The notes beneath the pieces were generated by a model that saw nothing but the letters and a program-made list of their open reading frames with translations, was not told where the DNA came from and made no database searches. Below, piece after piece: positions 13,971 through 28,338 of a stretch of 64,000 nt of DNA (the stretch's first letter is position 1; the number at the start of each line of letters is the position of its first letter). Source of the stretch: the human T2T-CHM13v2.0 reference genome, Homo sapiens; NCBI RefSeq assembly GCF_009914755.1, contig NC_060926.1; one strand, given 5' to 3'. Made by a program: the position numbers and the translations under genes.

Positions 13971-16929
13971 ATTAAAAGTCTAGCTTTTAAATTCATCCAC
14001 AATGTATATTTATTTTGTAATGAATGAAGTATTCTCAGCAATTTAATATCTTCCTCAAAATACATTAAACACCTGATCTAAAGCAGTTCTTTTGATATAT
14101 ATGCACAATACATAAAACAAATTTGGCAAAGAGAAAAAAAGACATTAGCCTTTACGACAAGACTGTTGTCTGTATTTCTGTTTATTTTTGGAGAGTCCTT
14201 TTTAAAGAATACTGTTGGTTTGTTTTAGGAGCATAATTAGCTCATCAATAATATTTAACCAACCATAGCATCAAGATCAGTCTGGAACTGGAACTACTAT
14301 ATAACACGGTGATTCCCATTATCTATCCAGCTGGCGTGACTTGGCAAACAGTATTTTACAAGATATTGCACCAGCTTGTGATCGCCCAGAGATGCAATGT
14401 GCCCACTTTCTATGAGTGCTGAAGGTGTGGCATGTAACCTCTGTTAGCTGCCATCATCCATTTGCTACACTCTCTCAATTGGCAAATATTCCATGTGTAG
14501 CACAGTTGAGGAGGTTTTATAAATACAAGGCAGCAAAAACAAAAAGCATAGATAAAAAGGAATCAACCTCTGTGGCATACTAACCATTTAGGGAAGTTGA
14601 AGAGATCATGCAGAAGAATCTAAACATGCAGAAAAGGGACTCACGATCATGGAAATACATCTTAAGCATTTGGGGTGGGAGGTATGTATATTCTGAACTC
14701 AGAGCTCTACACAGTGATATCTTGGGACAAACTACGCTATCCTTTGCCTCCTGATTTAATAAAAAATTGGTAGATTTACAGTCATTTACAGAGCTACCCC
14801 TCACTGGTCTGTGATCAGTCAACATATTAATAACTGAAAGATAACTCACAAAATTACCCATGTAGTTTAAAAAATTGATTACCCATAAACATTTTCCAGA
14901 AAGTAACCAAAAATCAAAATTTCACTTTTCTAGGTTTTCTTGCAGTTTTTTGTAACTAGAGAGGATTTTTACTATAAGCCAAACACCCATAAAAATGTGT
15001 TAAGTCCTATAAAACATCAAATAATTACAGCTTCTGATTCACATTAAAAAGCAGGGGCTGATATCAAGTCACAAAATAGGTGAGTATTAACATGACAAGG
15101 ATATGAAACATGCATGTAATAATTCTGAAGTTTTCATCATGACTTATCTCAGATAAATTTAGTATAATCTCTTCATAACTCTGTGAGTCATTGGCCAACT
15201 CATTACTATAATATAATCAATATATTATTGAGATGGAAATATCCTGGCAATATGGCAAGGCTCTAGAAATGCCAGTTTCTAAATTGATGTCAAAGTATTA
15301 CACATGTGTCATAAACGGCTAACAAAGGGATGCCAAATCATCCCTGTTGCTGAGATAATTGTTTTACTTTGAAGTTTCTCAAGATCTATTGTGTTAGTTC
15401 CCAGGTCAGAGCTATCTGCCTCTCCTCTGTCCATTTTTTCCCCTCATTCTTCAATCACAATGTAGAATTAGAAAACTATTTGACAATTAGATAACAAGTT
15501 ATTTCAATGGCTCTAAAAAAAAAAAAAAAACTACTTCGTTGATTTTGTTAAAAGAAGAATCCTTGATTTCCTTGCTAAGATTTACTGAGGAAACTGGGTA
15601 TATTGTGTAACTCTATGATATAAGCTTCAGAAAGCTAGGAGACTAAAGGATGAGGTTGGGGCACATGTTTATAGGATGAAGTGCCCCTATTAAGAATCTA
15701 TGAGAAAGGCTTTCATGCCTTAGTTACATTTTCTGTCTCCTCCAATTAGACTCCTCCAATGCTACTGAAGGGCTTTAGTACAGTGCTCTGCACACAATAG
15801 GTGCTTCACAGATATTTGCAGAATGATTTATTGAGGAGGAATCCATAGATGATCTCACAGAAATTCAAGGAAAAATCTACTATGTGAAAAACAAAGTGCC
15901 GATTCCATGCTTCAATTCCATGATTCTGGCAGCCAGCATAACAAAACAGCCACAACAATAACAAGAAAAAAAAGCCACGATGATGTTTAGAAGTTAACTT
16001 TAAACTCTTCTGTTGTTCATAGAGTCATATGTATATTTTCTCTCCTGGGTGCAGAGTCCTTAGTTCAGTGTCTTTTGAGAAAACTGTAAAGACACACATG
16101 CACACTCTGACTTACTCTCTCTTATTTTGCACATTTATTTGAATGAGATGTATTTTACCTTAATTTCTTTAAATGGCCATTTCTGTAACTTTCCAAAGAG
16201 GAAAGAGATATAGTGAAGTGCAATAGGGGACCAAAAAGTTACATTTTACATTATTGATGTATCTTTAATGCCAGTGCATATCTCGTTAGACTTTCTGATC
16301 AGAAAATGTAAGTATGTGTGTGAGGATAGGAACTGAGCAGCTTACGACAGAAAAATATTATTCAAAATAAAAAGACATCCCTTATTTAGAAGGGATGCCA
16401 GTAGGAAGCTTTTAAAATTAACTTGCCCTAAATGTGGAGCCTTGGAATTGGATCTGCAAAGTGTAAATAAACACCTACCTTGAGATGTGGGATTCATTTG
16501 AGGATTTCTTCAAATGGAAACATACTTGCGAGACACTGGGTCCCTGAGGGAAGAAAGCTATAGAAACAGGTTTCATTTTTACTGTTTCCTGTAGTAAGTT
16601 GAATCTGACAGCTGATTCTCTTCTGGACAAGGCAAAATTTTTAAGCCAAGAATATAAACATAGTCAATTTTTCTGTTTTTGTTTTATCCTAGATGGTGCC
16701 TTATTCCAAGATTTCAGTGTACAATGCTCAAGTTCAGTGAACTTTCCAAGATTACTATGCATTTCCCAAGGAGAAGAGACATACAAAAATTACTCTGCCA
16801 ATTACATATGCTAGTTTCATTAATACCTTCATTTAATTGACTGGGATTTATGAAAGATCTAGTAATGAAGCCATACTGTGCCATAACTTATCCCACCTTG
16901 CAAGAAGAAAACGGAAGCTCAGATGGATT

Positions 16930-17322
16930 AAAACTATATGCTCTCCGGGGCAGGGACGGGGTCTGTTTTGTTCTTCAGTGTATTTTCATGGCCCTACACA
17001 GTGTAGTGTGGTGGTAATAGAGCACAGCCATTTGGAGCTCAGTGTCTGGAGTCAGACAGACCTGGCTTGGGGCAGAAGCCTCAGGTGAGGAAACAGGTTA
17101 GGCTTTAAAAATAAAGACTTAAAGGTGAACATGTATTACAGGTAATATCTCAGTTTCCTCACCTCTTAAAATGATATGAATATCTAATAAAGTGTTGGAT
17201 AATGAAATAATACATGTAATGTGATCAAATAGTGTCTGTTACATAGCTAACATTTATTAATAAAATTCTCATCATTATCCTTATCTGGCACTTGGCATCA
17301 TTATAAAATGAATGGCTGAATG
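16930..17322 (+). mobile_element. L2 3' end interrupted by a MIR
   Basis: L2 motif ggggcagggacggggtctgttttgttc, then MIR (ctggagtcagacagacctgg...tctcagtttcctcacct), then L2 tail (ctggcacttgg...tgaatggctgaatg). Confidence 0.55.
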
Positions 17323-18660
17323 CAGCTATTATACACAAAATCAGAACCCTGGTTTTCTCACTTCTCTCTCAGTACTCACCTCCCTTACATGATACTATAC
17401 ATGTAATTGGAAGTTACCTGAAAAGATTGATGAATTTAGTTTTACTAACTCCAATTTAGTATCTCTTGCAGGCAGGTGGGAGGGAGGAGCTTTCCATACT
17501 TATGTTTTGTGCCAGCTGAATGTGCGTGTGTGCGTGCGTGTGTGTTTTACAGTTTTTGTTGTGTTTTGTTTTACACAAATGAATTACGCTTTTCTAATGT
17601 AGAGATCTGCTTCTGAGCTAATGCCCTATTTCATGACTTCGTCACTATTTGCAGCTTTCTAGAAATGCTATTGCTGGGATTCCCAGCCTGAAGAGTTTTA
17701 TATAGAGAAAAACATGGACAAAGATAATTCTGGTCTAAAGCTGTTTTCAGTCTTGCACTGCCAATTATATTAACTGTCTTCAAGAAGACACACTGAAATT
17801 AAAATGGCAAATTTAACTCAGACTTACAGTAATGTAGGCAATCATTTAATTTCACAAAACTGAAATGATTTGGGGGCTGTGGTGAAAATATTTTGAAGGA
17901 TACCATAAAGTGGAAGCAAATTTAATTTTTTATATAAGCAAATCTTGAAGTAGGAGTGAGGAATTCTATAGGCAACTAAATCTTTGAAAATAATAATGCA
18001 ATTTTTGGATTTCTTTAGTGCCTTCTTCCTCCAAAGAATTGCATGATCATCACATGTAAGGTTGCTCTTTACAACATTCTTGACAAAAAAAAAATAGTAA
18101 GAGTTCAATGACTTTTTTTCCCACAGAAAAGGTGAGGCATTGAGTATTTAAATGGCTTTCTGAGAAGAAGTATGGTTAGCTCATAGGTGGAACTTGAACC
18201 TTTGATTAGAATCTACTAGCTCTGACAAATTTAAAGTAACATCTAAATATGACCCTTTAGGAATACTTCTAAAACCTGTTCACATTTAAGTCTTTATCTA
18301 TGAAAGTATTTAGATGAAATCTTAGAAAATTATGTAATGTACAGACAATGGATTTTTTCCATGCCACATTTGAGTTAACATAGTTTCTTCTTATTGATCC
18401 AAAAGATTTGAAGTAATATTAACAGAAGTGGATGTAATAGGGCCTGGATAAACTCTAATTTCCCCCTTTTCTTGTCACTTCTTCCATGTCCCTTGTTTTT
18501 AATTGCTCTGTTTAATCAAGAGAGTATATTGTTTTTGTTCTTGTTTTGCAAGATCTGACACACAGATCATGTCTGTAACAACCTGGAATACGTGACATCA
18601 CACACATAGGAAAAAGCTGTGGCCCTAACTACTCAGAATCTAGAATTTCTTATCACAGAC

Positions 18661-18843
18661 TAGTGATTCTTAAAGTGTAGTCCCTGGACCAGCAGCAACA
18701 GCATCACTGGGGAAACTGTTAGAAATGCAAATTCAGAGCCCTAGAGATCTACTGAATCAGAAATTCTGGGTTGTAGCCCAACAATCTGTACTTTAACAAG
18801 TCTTCTGGGTGACTCTAATGCATGCAAAGCTTGAGAATCGCTG
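18661..18843 (+). mobile_element. MER5A (hAT-Charlie MITE)
   Basis: tagtgattcttaaagtg...accagcagcaacagcatcac...gttagaaatgcaaatt...ttgagaatcgctg, with terminal inverted repeats and an 8-bp TSD-like pair tcacagac/acccagac. Confidence 0.9.
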
Positions 18844-19074
18844 ACCCAGACTCAGAGCTTCTTGATCCAGATATCTGCATGTGCGCATGCCCAGCCCTTG
18901 TGTTTCTAGCATAATTCTTTTTCTACTTGCCAAGTCCCTTTACTTGAATGTCTTTTCTTTTCTTTCTTTCTTTTTTTTTTTTTTTTTTTTTTTGTACAAG
19001 CATGTCAGCCTCTTCTTTTCAATTGTATGGAAACACTGCACTTTTATGTGGGAGGACAGAAGATGAGTAGGATT

Positions 19075-19114
19075 CATCATATATAATATATATACATCAT
19101 ATATAATATATATA
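19075..19114. repeat. 20-bp perfect tandem duplication
   Basis: catcatatataatatatata x2. Confidence 0.9.
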
Positions 19115-19696
19115 TAATTTTAAAATATTCACTTAAGGCTCCTTTTACCAAAATGCCTCAGTGGCACAGGAATCTTGTACCGCAAAGCAAATACCTGGGA
19201 GAGCTGGAGGGAGGGGTGGGGTGTTTTGTACAAAATGAAAGGGTATCAACAAGCATGGCCTACAAGATCATTGTGACTTCAGTATTTAGAAATGTAGTTG
19301 TCAATTTATTTTTAATTATTTTAATCCTCAATGCCAGTGTGGAATCAAATTGCCATTTACAATAATAGAAGACTTAAGTCTGAATCCGTAAATAAGGCAT
19401 GCTGTGGAGTACACATATGAATTCCTTTTTTTGCTTAAATTCATTACATAATGTTTCTGAAACTTGAGTAATCTATAAATTCATTTTCAAAGGAAAAATT
19501 ATTTTGAAACTAATACTAGTTACAGACCCAGTGCCTAGATGGAAAAACAATGTTTTAAAAAATTAGAGTTCTTCTATAAAAAGTGTTTTTAATTGGAAAT
19601 TTCTCTATCAAAGAAAACTTTTATGTTTATTCGTACAAAATGTATTTTAATTCACTAAAATGAAAATATATAATTAAAACATCTCATGGATTCCTG

Positions 19697-19698
<2 letters not shown>

Positions 19699-19747
<49 letters not shown>
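19699..19747. repeat. (TA)n microsatellite
   Basis: About 24 uninterrupted TA units. Confidence 0.95.
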
Positions 19748-19748
<1 letters not shown>

Positions 19749-20659
19749 CTAGAGTCTGTGCACCCGAATCTGAGAAACATAGTTTTATACTAATCTAAAC
19801 CATACCTCTGAATTCTAAAAAGCATCTAAAGTAAAAGTGAAATGTGTGACCAAGAATATTAAAATAATAAATGTCATTTTGTAACAACTATCAGAAAACT
19901 TGAAAAGTATTTCAGTTCATATTTTGAAGCTGATAAATATCAGCTCTGTGGTTAAGTTTGTCTTAAAACTCAAATACCCAATTTTATTTACACAGATAGC
20001 CAAAGTCATCTGTTAGCCTGAAACATATCTGAACAGTACCTGAAGTCATCCTTTTGAGAGCCCTTTACCTGTACTATCCAAGATATGTACCTCATCACAA
20101 TTTAGAGGATATTCAGAAATGGAAATTCCATAGTTTATAATACAAAAAAGAATTAGCACTCAAAATATGTATGCAAGGAAATATTAATAAAGGCAGTATC
20201 TGATAACATGTACATACCCAAGGGATAATATATTTCAATGAAAGGAGGGAGGGATAGCTTTCAAACTCTCACAGTGTCACCCACTCTGCTTATGTGCTAA
20301 ACTTTGTTGACAGCAACAATATCCTTGTTGACTCTTGCACGTGTACTTTAAGCCAAACAATCTGTCTCAAGAAGGATGTGAACCATCAAGTTTGCAGAAT
20401 GGGCATGGCTCTGCCAGATTTTATCTATCTGAAAGATGATATGGCTTATTCCCTGCATGGAATAGGAAATAAAAGGTGTAAAATAGGAAGCTCTACTGTT
20501 TCAAAGTTTCATTTGGGTTTCTGTGGATTCCTAAGCAAGACATGCAAATAGGTAAACATAACTACCCATAACATCCAAGCAAATATGAACAATTTTATCC
20601 CAAATACCTTATCCCCACTGACTTCTCAATTAGCACAGAATTCAGGGCTGCAATGGTGT

Positions 20660-20830
20660 AAATGGTCTGTCTACATTTGTTCTGTCCAATATAGCAGCCA
20701 CTGGCCACATGTGTCTAGTGAGTACTTGAAATGTGGCTACTGCAAATTAGGAACTGAATCTTTTATTTTATTAATTTAAACAAATTTAAATAGCCACATG
20801 AGGCTAGTGGCTACTATGCTGGACAGCAGA
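20660..20830 (+). mobile_element. MER3 (hAT-Charlie)
   Basis: ctgtccaatatagcagccactggccacatgtg...atagccacatgaggctagtggctactatgctggacagc, an internal inverted repeat typical of MER3. Confidence 0.85.
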
Positions 20831-21219
20831 GAAGCTAATCTTTTTTAAAACATGATTTCCTACATTTTCCTTTACTTTTATTAGGCTATTCTGATATTAA
20901 AATAACTTCTTATTTAAAAAAGGATTCTTTCAAATTAAATTCTCTTTTTTTATTCAAAATCATTTTCTTTTGTTTTGTGTTCTACTCAGTGACATACTTG
21001 TGAAAGCCTTTTGAAACAATTTTCAGAAAGCCTGACACTGTTGTCTTTGTTGAGCTAGGTAACTTTAAGTCACTTAGACATTTTAACCTTTCCTATCTTT
21101 TACTTTCCCTGCTCTTTTCCATATTCCTCAACTTTCTAGATATGTGAAGCCAAAATAAGATGCAATATATACTGAATAACGCAATGGGGTTGTGTGGAAG
21201 AGGAGGAAGGAGAGTGACC

Positions 21220-21838
<619 letters not shown>

Positions 21839-22475
21839 AACTTGCTTTTAATTAGAACTATTGGGGTTGAGCAAATTTACAATTGAGTCACTAATACTTG
21901 AGGAAATAAGAATAAAAATAATTTTAAGATAAAACAGATGATATTTCACCAAAATCCTGGTAAGCATTCCATGACAGAGACCTTTACAAATAACACCAGT
22001 CACTCTGGGCCATGGAAGATATCCTTGGGATAGTCTTCTAGATGCAAGTAACTCATGGGTAACTACCTATGAGGTGTTAGCCATTCCCTAGTAAGAATCA
22101 ACCCAACAATAATACAACCTCAGTTTTATGTCCAGTTCATTGAAGAAATCATGTGAGATTTGAGATACCTTTTACTTTCCTCCTACTACCCCACTCACAC
22201 ACATATACAATAAGTGGTCTATGATTTTATCATTAATGAAAATTAAATTTATCTGGAGTAATTTATTCTTCAAAAACTAGTCTTTGGCTACTTAGTAATT
22301 TGAGTTACTCTATACCAGTGCAATGGCAATTGAATAATTGTGTTACTGCATTCTTATACGTTGAAGTTGATCATTATAAATATTAAGTATCTCTGATCCT
22401 TGTTGGATCTACAAATCAGTTACTGGCTCTTAAAGTCTGGGAGTTATAATGAATCTTAGAATGCACACTATTTGA

Positions 22476-22779
<304 letters not shown>

Positions 22780-23989
22780 CTATTTGAGCTAACTGTGGAT
22801 CCTACTTTTTAAAGTATACCAGCTTTAGTCAAGCATTGCCTTCCTAATCCTGGTCTAACTTTCCATCTTCTTTCTATAATAGTTGGATTTCTTAAGCCAA
22901 CATTTCCTTGTTATTGAGTGTTTATATGAGAAGCAGGGAGGTTTAAAGGTTCAATTTTCCTTGGTTCCTTGCTTTCATTGCACATGATTTAAGATACTAT
23001 TTTTCCACTCTTCTTAAAATGGCTCCATGTCTTTAAAAATATGCTAATTGTCCTCTATAATCTGTTTCAGTTTCTACATCTAGTGAAAGTTCTAACTTAT
23101 CTTAAAAAAAATCAACTTATATATTACAAACTGTGAATAGTAGAACTTAAGAACTGGAATCAACTTCCACATTGTCTGGTACATGCACTTTCTTTGATAA
23201 GTGAGAAATATGAAACTCAATACTTACCAAATGTCATGAAGTTTGTTAGCAGAAGAGTCAATTCCAGAATCTAGCTACTGTAAGTCTAGGACATAAAGCG
23301 TGGAATGATTGCACTACGCACTGCCTCTTCATTTCATCTAAAGCATGTTTACTCAAAGGGAACTAGTCCCTAAAGTTCCAAGAACATTTTTCTAAAATGG
23401 TGTGATCTTTTAGATACAACAGGGACTATGTAGGCATACAAAGACAGTATTGGGTGTACACATTAAAATTAACAGTTTATCTCCAAAATTAAGCCTTCAG
23501 AGTCTCCTTTAACATAACATATCATCTGGCTCCTTTTGTCCTCTACCCAGTCTTTCCAGACCATTTCTCTTCTACCTTCTTCTGGAATACATCCCCTTTT
23601 ATGATTCTTGCTATCATGGTATACATCTTCTTGTGGCACCGCAAACCAAGCACAAAATCTTACTTCCTCACTACAGCCAACTACCTCTGGACTCCTTTTC
23701 TGAGACAGCCTCAATTCTCTGTAGCAGTAGGTTAGCAAGTCATGGGAGAACAGCCAAGGGATCAGGCTGACACCACGACAAGCCCCATCTCATCTGCCAT
23801 CACCCCCTCACCTGGAAGCCTGTGAATTGATTTGCTCTTCTAGAATTAGTGCTTCCATCCTTTTGTTCATGCTGCTTGCTCATTCTTCTTTTTACCTTCC
23901 GTCCTATAATTTGGCAGCTACCTACATATTCTTCAGAGGTCAGATAAACCATCGCCTCTCTGTGCTTCCCCCCAATCTTCCCCCTCCCC

Positions 23990-24488
23990 AGAGCTTCATG
24001 CAGCCTCTTTGGGGCTCCCGGAGTCCACTGTATATAACTCTATTATAGTACTTGTTATATAGTAAAATTATACCTACATATATGTTCCCTTTTCATTAGA
24101 TTCTGAGCTCCCTAACAGAAAGAAAAAAAAAATGCCTTATTAGTTCTGGTATCCTTATCAGCCTGTCTAGCAGAGAATAAGCTATAATAGTAACATATTA
24201 TTTGAACATATGGCATGTGCCAGACACTATGCTAAGGTACTAATAGGAATTATATATTCCTCACAATGACCTTAAGCAATAGTGCTGTTATTACGATCAC
24301 TTCACAGAAAATTGAAATGCAGAGAAGTTAAGTAACTTGCCCATGTTCACATATCAATTAAATTTTAGAATTCAAATACAAGTCGAAATCTAGGGCCATT
24401 TTCTTAAGTGTTTTATTGCTTTTCTGAGGAGGGGTCAATAAATAGTTGTTGAATGAACAAATACCTGAATGTGAGTGAATGAATGGAA
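23990..24488. mobile_element. L2 3' end (+) with an inserted MIR (-, ~24190-24410)
   Basis: L2 motif cattagattctgagctccc and tail tcaataaatagttgttgaatgaa. MIR core gcagagaagttaagtaacttgcccatgttcaca. Confidence 0.6.
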
Positions 24489-24668
24489 AGAATCCTATAC
24501 TAAAGCAAATAATACTAAGGATTTGAAACGCTTCATTAAACTGCTTGCTTAATGCATAGGCTGGAATGGTCCTTGGAGTTCATGTAGCCCCTTTACAGAG
24601 GAAGAAATAGGTTCCAAATGACACCACAACTTTTCTCTCTACTTTTGACAATATTGTATATATATTTA

Positions 24669-24822
<154 letters not shown>

Positions 24823-25400
24823 AGTGACTCCTTAAGACAGAAATACATACAAGGCAAAGGAACACATAATGACTGCACGCCTGGCACGATTTTGAAGCAC
24901 GATGAAGGGCAAATATGTTTTCAAATATCTTTGTGTCTGTGTATGTGTAAAACTTTAAGAAAGAGTGTGGACATTCACTGGGAAGTTCATCAAAGTAAGT
25001 TTCCAAGGGACAAATCATGCATTTGAATACTTTTCCAGGGAAAACGATGGAATCGCTTTTCCTACTGGCTTATGAAGAACTCTGTGGAGAATGCTAGAAT
25101 GACTGCTGTGAATAAAAGGGCCTGAAAACAATCCAGAAACACTCTTTTTTCTTCAAAAGACAATTCTCACTAGTCCAGCCAGGAAATGTGGCTTCGAATA
25201 AGGAAGGCAAGTGTGAGTTGGCTCACACCGGATTGGACATATCCCAAGTGTATTTCTCATGAAGTTGCAGTTTGGCCTTGCTTTCAGGGGCTGATGTGCT
25301 AAGAGACCAAGACTGCGAATACTCAGAGACCTCAGGACAAAAATTCTGGCAGACACCAAATTATTTAATCTACTTTCTTTTCCTGTTGCAATCTTTTGTT

Positions 25401-25437
25401 AAAACAAACAAACAAACAAACAAAACAAAACAAAACA
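25401..25437. repeat. (AAAC)n/(AAAAC)n simple repeat
   Basis: Visible directly. Confidence 0.9.
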
Positions 25438-26127
25438 GAGGTTAAAATGAAAATAACGTGAGTTTATTCTAATGGGAAAGGAATTTGAGGATATAAAAAT
25501 CCCATTTGTTTCATTCTCTAACAAAAGAGCATTTCATAAACTGAGTACAAATTCAACTTCATATTTTGGGATATGATATTTGATTCTAGTGAGTTTTAAT
25601 TACTATTAGCAGGAGCATAAAATAACAGTCTATAGCCGCAGGCAATCCAGTAATCCAACACAAGTATTTATTAAGCTTTGTCTATGCTGGAGGAGATATA
25701 AAAGGAGGAGTACGTGGCAAAAGTCATGCACTTCAAGGAACAGACATGCAATCTTGTTATGGAGAAAAGACACATCCAGAAAATAATTAGAGAACAGGAC
25801 AGTTTAAAATGGTTTAAATATAATCAAATAAATTACCTTTACAGTCATGGCTTATAAGGAGAGACTTTGAGGCAGAAGTAGGATGAGACCTGCATTGAAT
25901 GATTGCTTTTATAGGTGAAAGTGAGAATTTTTTAAAAAGGCATTCTTGTTACAGTAACAATGTGAACAGAAACAGAAATATGAAATAGCATTCATTCAAG
26001 TGTTCATTCAACAAATATTTGCTGAACACCTGTACGTATAGGGCCTTGTGTCAAGTGCTAGCATGACATTTCTTCTTACTTTTCAGAGAAAGTGAAGAGA
26101 CTATGCTAGCAGGAACAAAGGGCACAT

Positions 26128-26205
26128 TTTAGCTATATGACTTTGGATGAGTCACTTAACCTCTTTGAGCCTTAGTTTCCTCCCTTGTGAAATGAGAGGA
26201 TTAGC
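26128..26205 (+). mobile_element. MIR core
   Basis: tgactttggatgagtcacttaacctctttgagccttagtttcctcccttgtgaaatgag. Confidence 0.75.
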
Positions 26206-26874
26206 CACCAGGGGTTGTCAAAGTTTCTTCTTCTTCTTTTTTTCTTTTAGCAGTGAAACTCTTTTCTGTTCTAATGAAATCTTAAGCACAACCCAAATAT
26301 ATTAAGAAACCAGACTGGATTTGGTCTGGCTAAAGGGAGACATATGGGTTGGAGGAAAAGATAGCCTGGATATGCCTTTTGTTGAACATCTTTCTCCCTT
26401 TTCCTCCCCAGCCCATGCCTCAAAGCCCCCAGGATTACAAGTGAAATAGTTTTTAAAAGAATTCACCTTCCTGAATCCTCAATTCTCTTCTACTCGTAAA
26501 GTGTTGCAATAGGAAATATAAGATATCAGAAGATTAGTTTTGTAAATAGAGTTTGATTACAAAAATCCTGAATTTTAGGATGCTAAAACAGTATAGGTTC
26601 TTAAGTGAAATGACAAAATTGTTGTTTCAAAGATTGTTGTTCGAAAGTGTCTGGTAACACCATTTAAGAGGGACTAGAAGAAGAAAACTAGATATTAAGC
26701 TATAAAGGCCTGGGCTAGGCTAGCATTACTGGGGATAGGAAGGGTCAAACCAATACAGCAGAGGGAGAATCTGCAGAACTTGGTAAGATTAAACGGAGAG
26801 AAAGGAGACAAAGAAGGAGTCAAAAATAGCATTCCAATTTGTAAATCCAATATGGTACTACAGATAGATATGGG

Positions 26875-27051
26875 AAGTAGATCTCAAACTAGGTGCACAT
26901 TGGAATTGCCTGGGGAGCTTTAAAAAATACTGATAACTGGTTCTCACCCCCTGGAGACTCTGAATTAATTGGTTAGGGGTGCAGCCTGGGCAGTGAGATT
27001 TTTAAAGCTCCCCAGGTAATTCTAATGTGCGGCCAAGGTTGAGAACCACTG
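26875..27051. mobile_element. MER5A1-like hAT MITE
   Basis: tctcaaact...cacattggaattgcctggggagctttaaaaa...tttttaaagctccccaggtaattctaatgtg...ttgagaaccactg, a long internal palindrome. Confidence 0.85.
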
Positions 27052-27669
27052 AAATAGAAGGGCAGGGAGTAATGGCAGGCCTAGAGAACATGTTTTAATG
27101 AACTATCTTCTGATGCTTTTATGGTCTAGCTAATTTTTTATTAAGGTTGTTTTTTTTCATACTCTGCTTAATATTAAACACCAATCATGTTACTACAAAG
27201 TTATACATAATATGATTTTTCCTGTATCATCCTGTCAACATATCTCTATGGGATTTGCAAAGAAAACAATCTCTGTGTTTTTCCAATGTTGAAAATCAAT
27301 GATAAAATCTCCACTAATGAGAAATGTGTGTTTTTAAGTTTATGTGTAAATGCTATACTTCAAGAGTTTTTCTTTATCATAGATCATTATTACAGGATCA
27401 TTATGATGTTTGTCCAAAAATTATCTTTACACACACACACACACACTTTAGAGACTTGTAAACAATATATTATTCAGTCATTCCTATCTTGAAATACTAT
27501 TTAGTCTCTATAAAGGTACTACAAAAAGTCAAGAGAAGTTCAGCCTTTACTCTGCCTAAACATAGCAAAAGCAAGCTAGATGAAATTTTAAGTCACAGCA
27601 GTCCCTAATATTTGCATAGCCTTTTTGCATTTTTAAAATCCTCTACAAATATTATCAAGCTGGATTCTA

Positions 27670-27800
27670 ACAATAGTTCTATTATTTGATCATAACAGAT
27701 AGTCTAATTTTGTATTCCTGGATGAGGAAATGGAGACCCAGAAGTCAGGTAACACGTCCAAGTCCCAAGGATAGAATTTAACCCATTAGGTCTCAGGTCT
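27670..27800 (-). mobile_element. MIR fragment
   Basis: gatgaggaaatggagacccagaagtcaggtaacacgtccaag. Confidence 0.6.
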
Positions 27801-28021
27801 TTTCTTCCCTAGCTTGGTTGTCTACATTCTCTTTCAAGCACACAATCTAGTTTTCAGGTACATGTCCCCACTTTAGGCTTTCAGAGGGAGAGGTAGATGT
27901 TTATCACTCAAAGTGATCACTTTCTCCTCTATGAACCACAGGGCTTTATCAGTAAAATCTAGTTAAAAACATTCTTTTCTACTTTTATTAGAGCTATGAA
28001 AATGCGTATTTTCATTATTGA

Positions 28022-28338
<317 letters not shown>

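Noticed and set aside
26875-27051. Long palindromes here and at 20680-20830 as novel structured RNAs
   Set aside because: They are explained by the inherent inverted-repeat structure of MER5A1 and MER3 MITEs.
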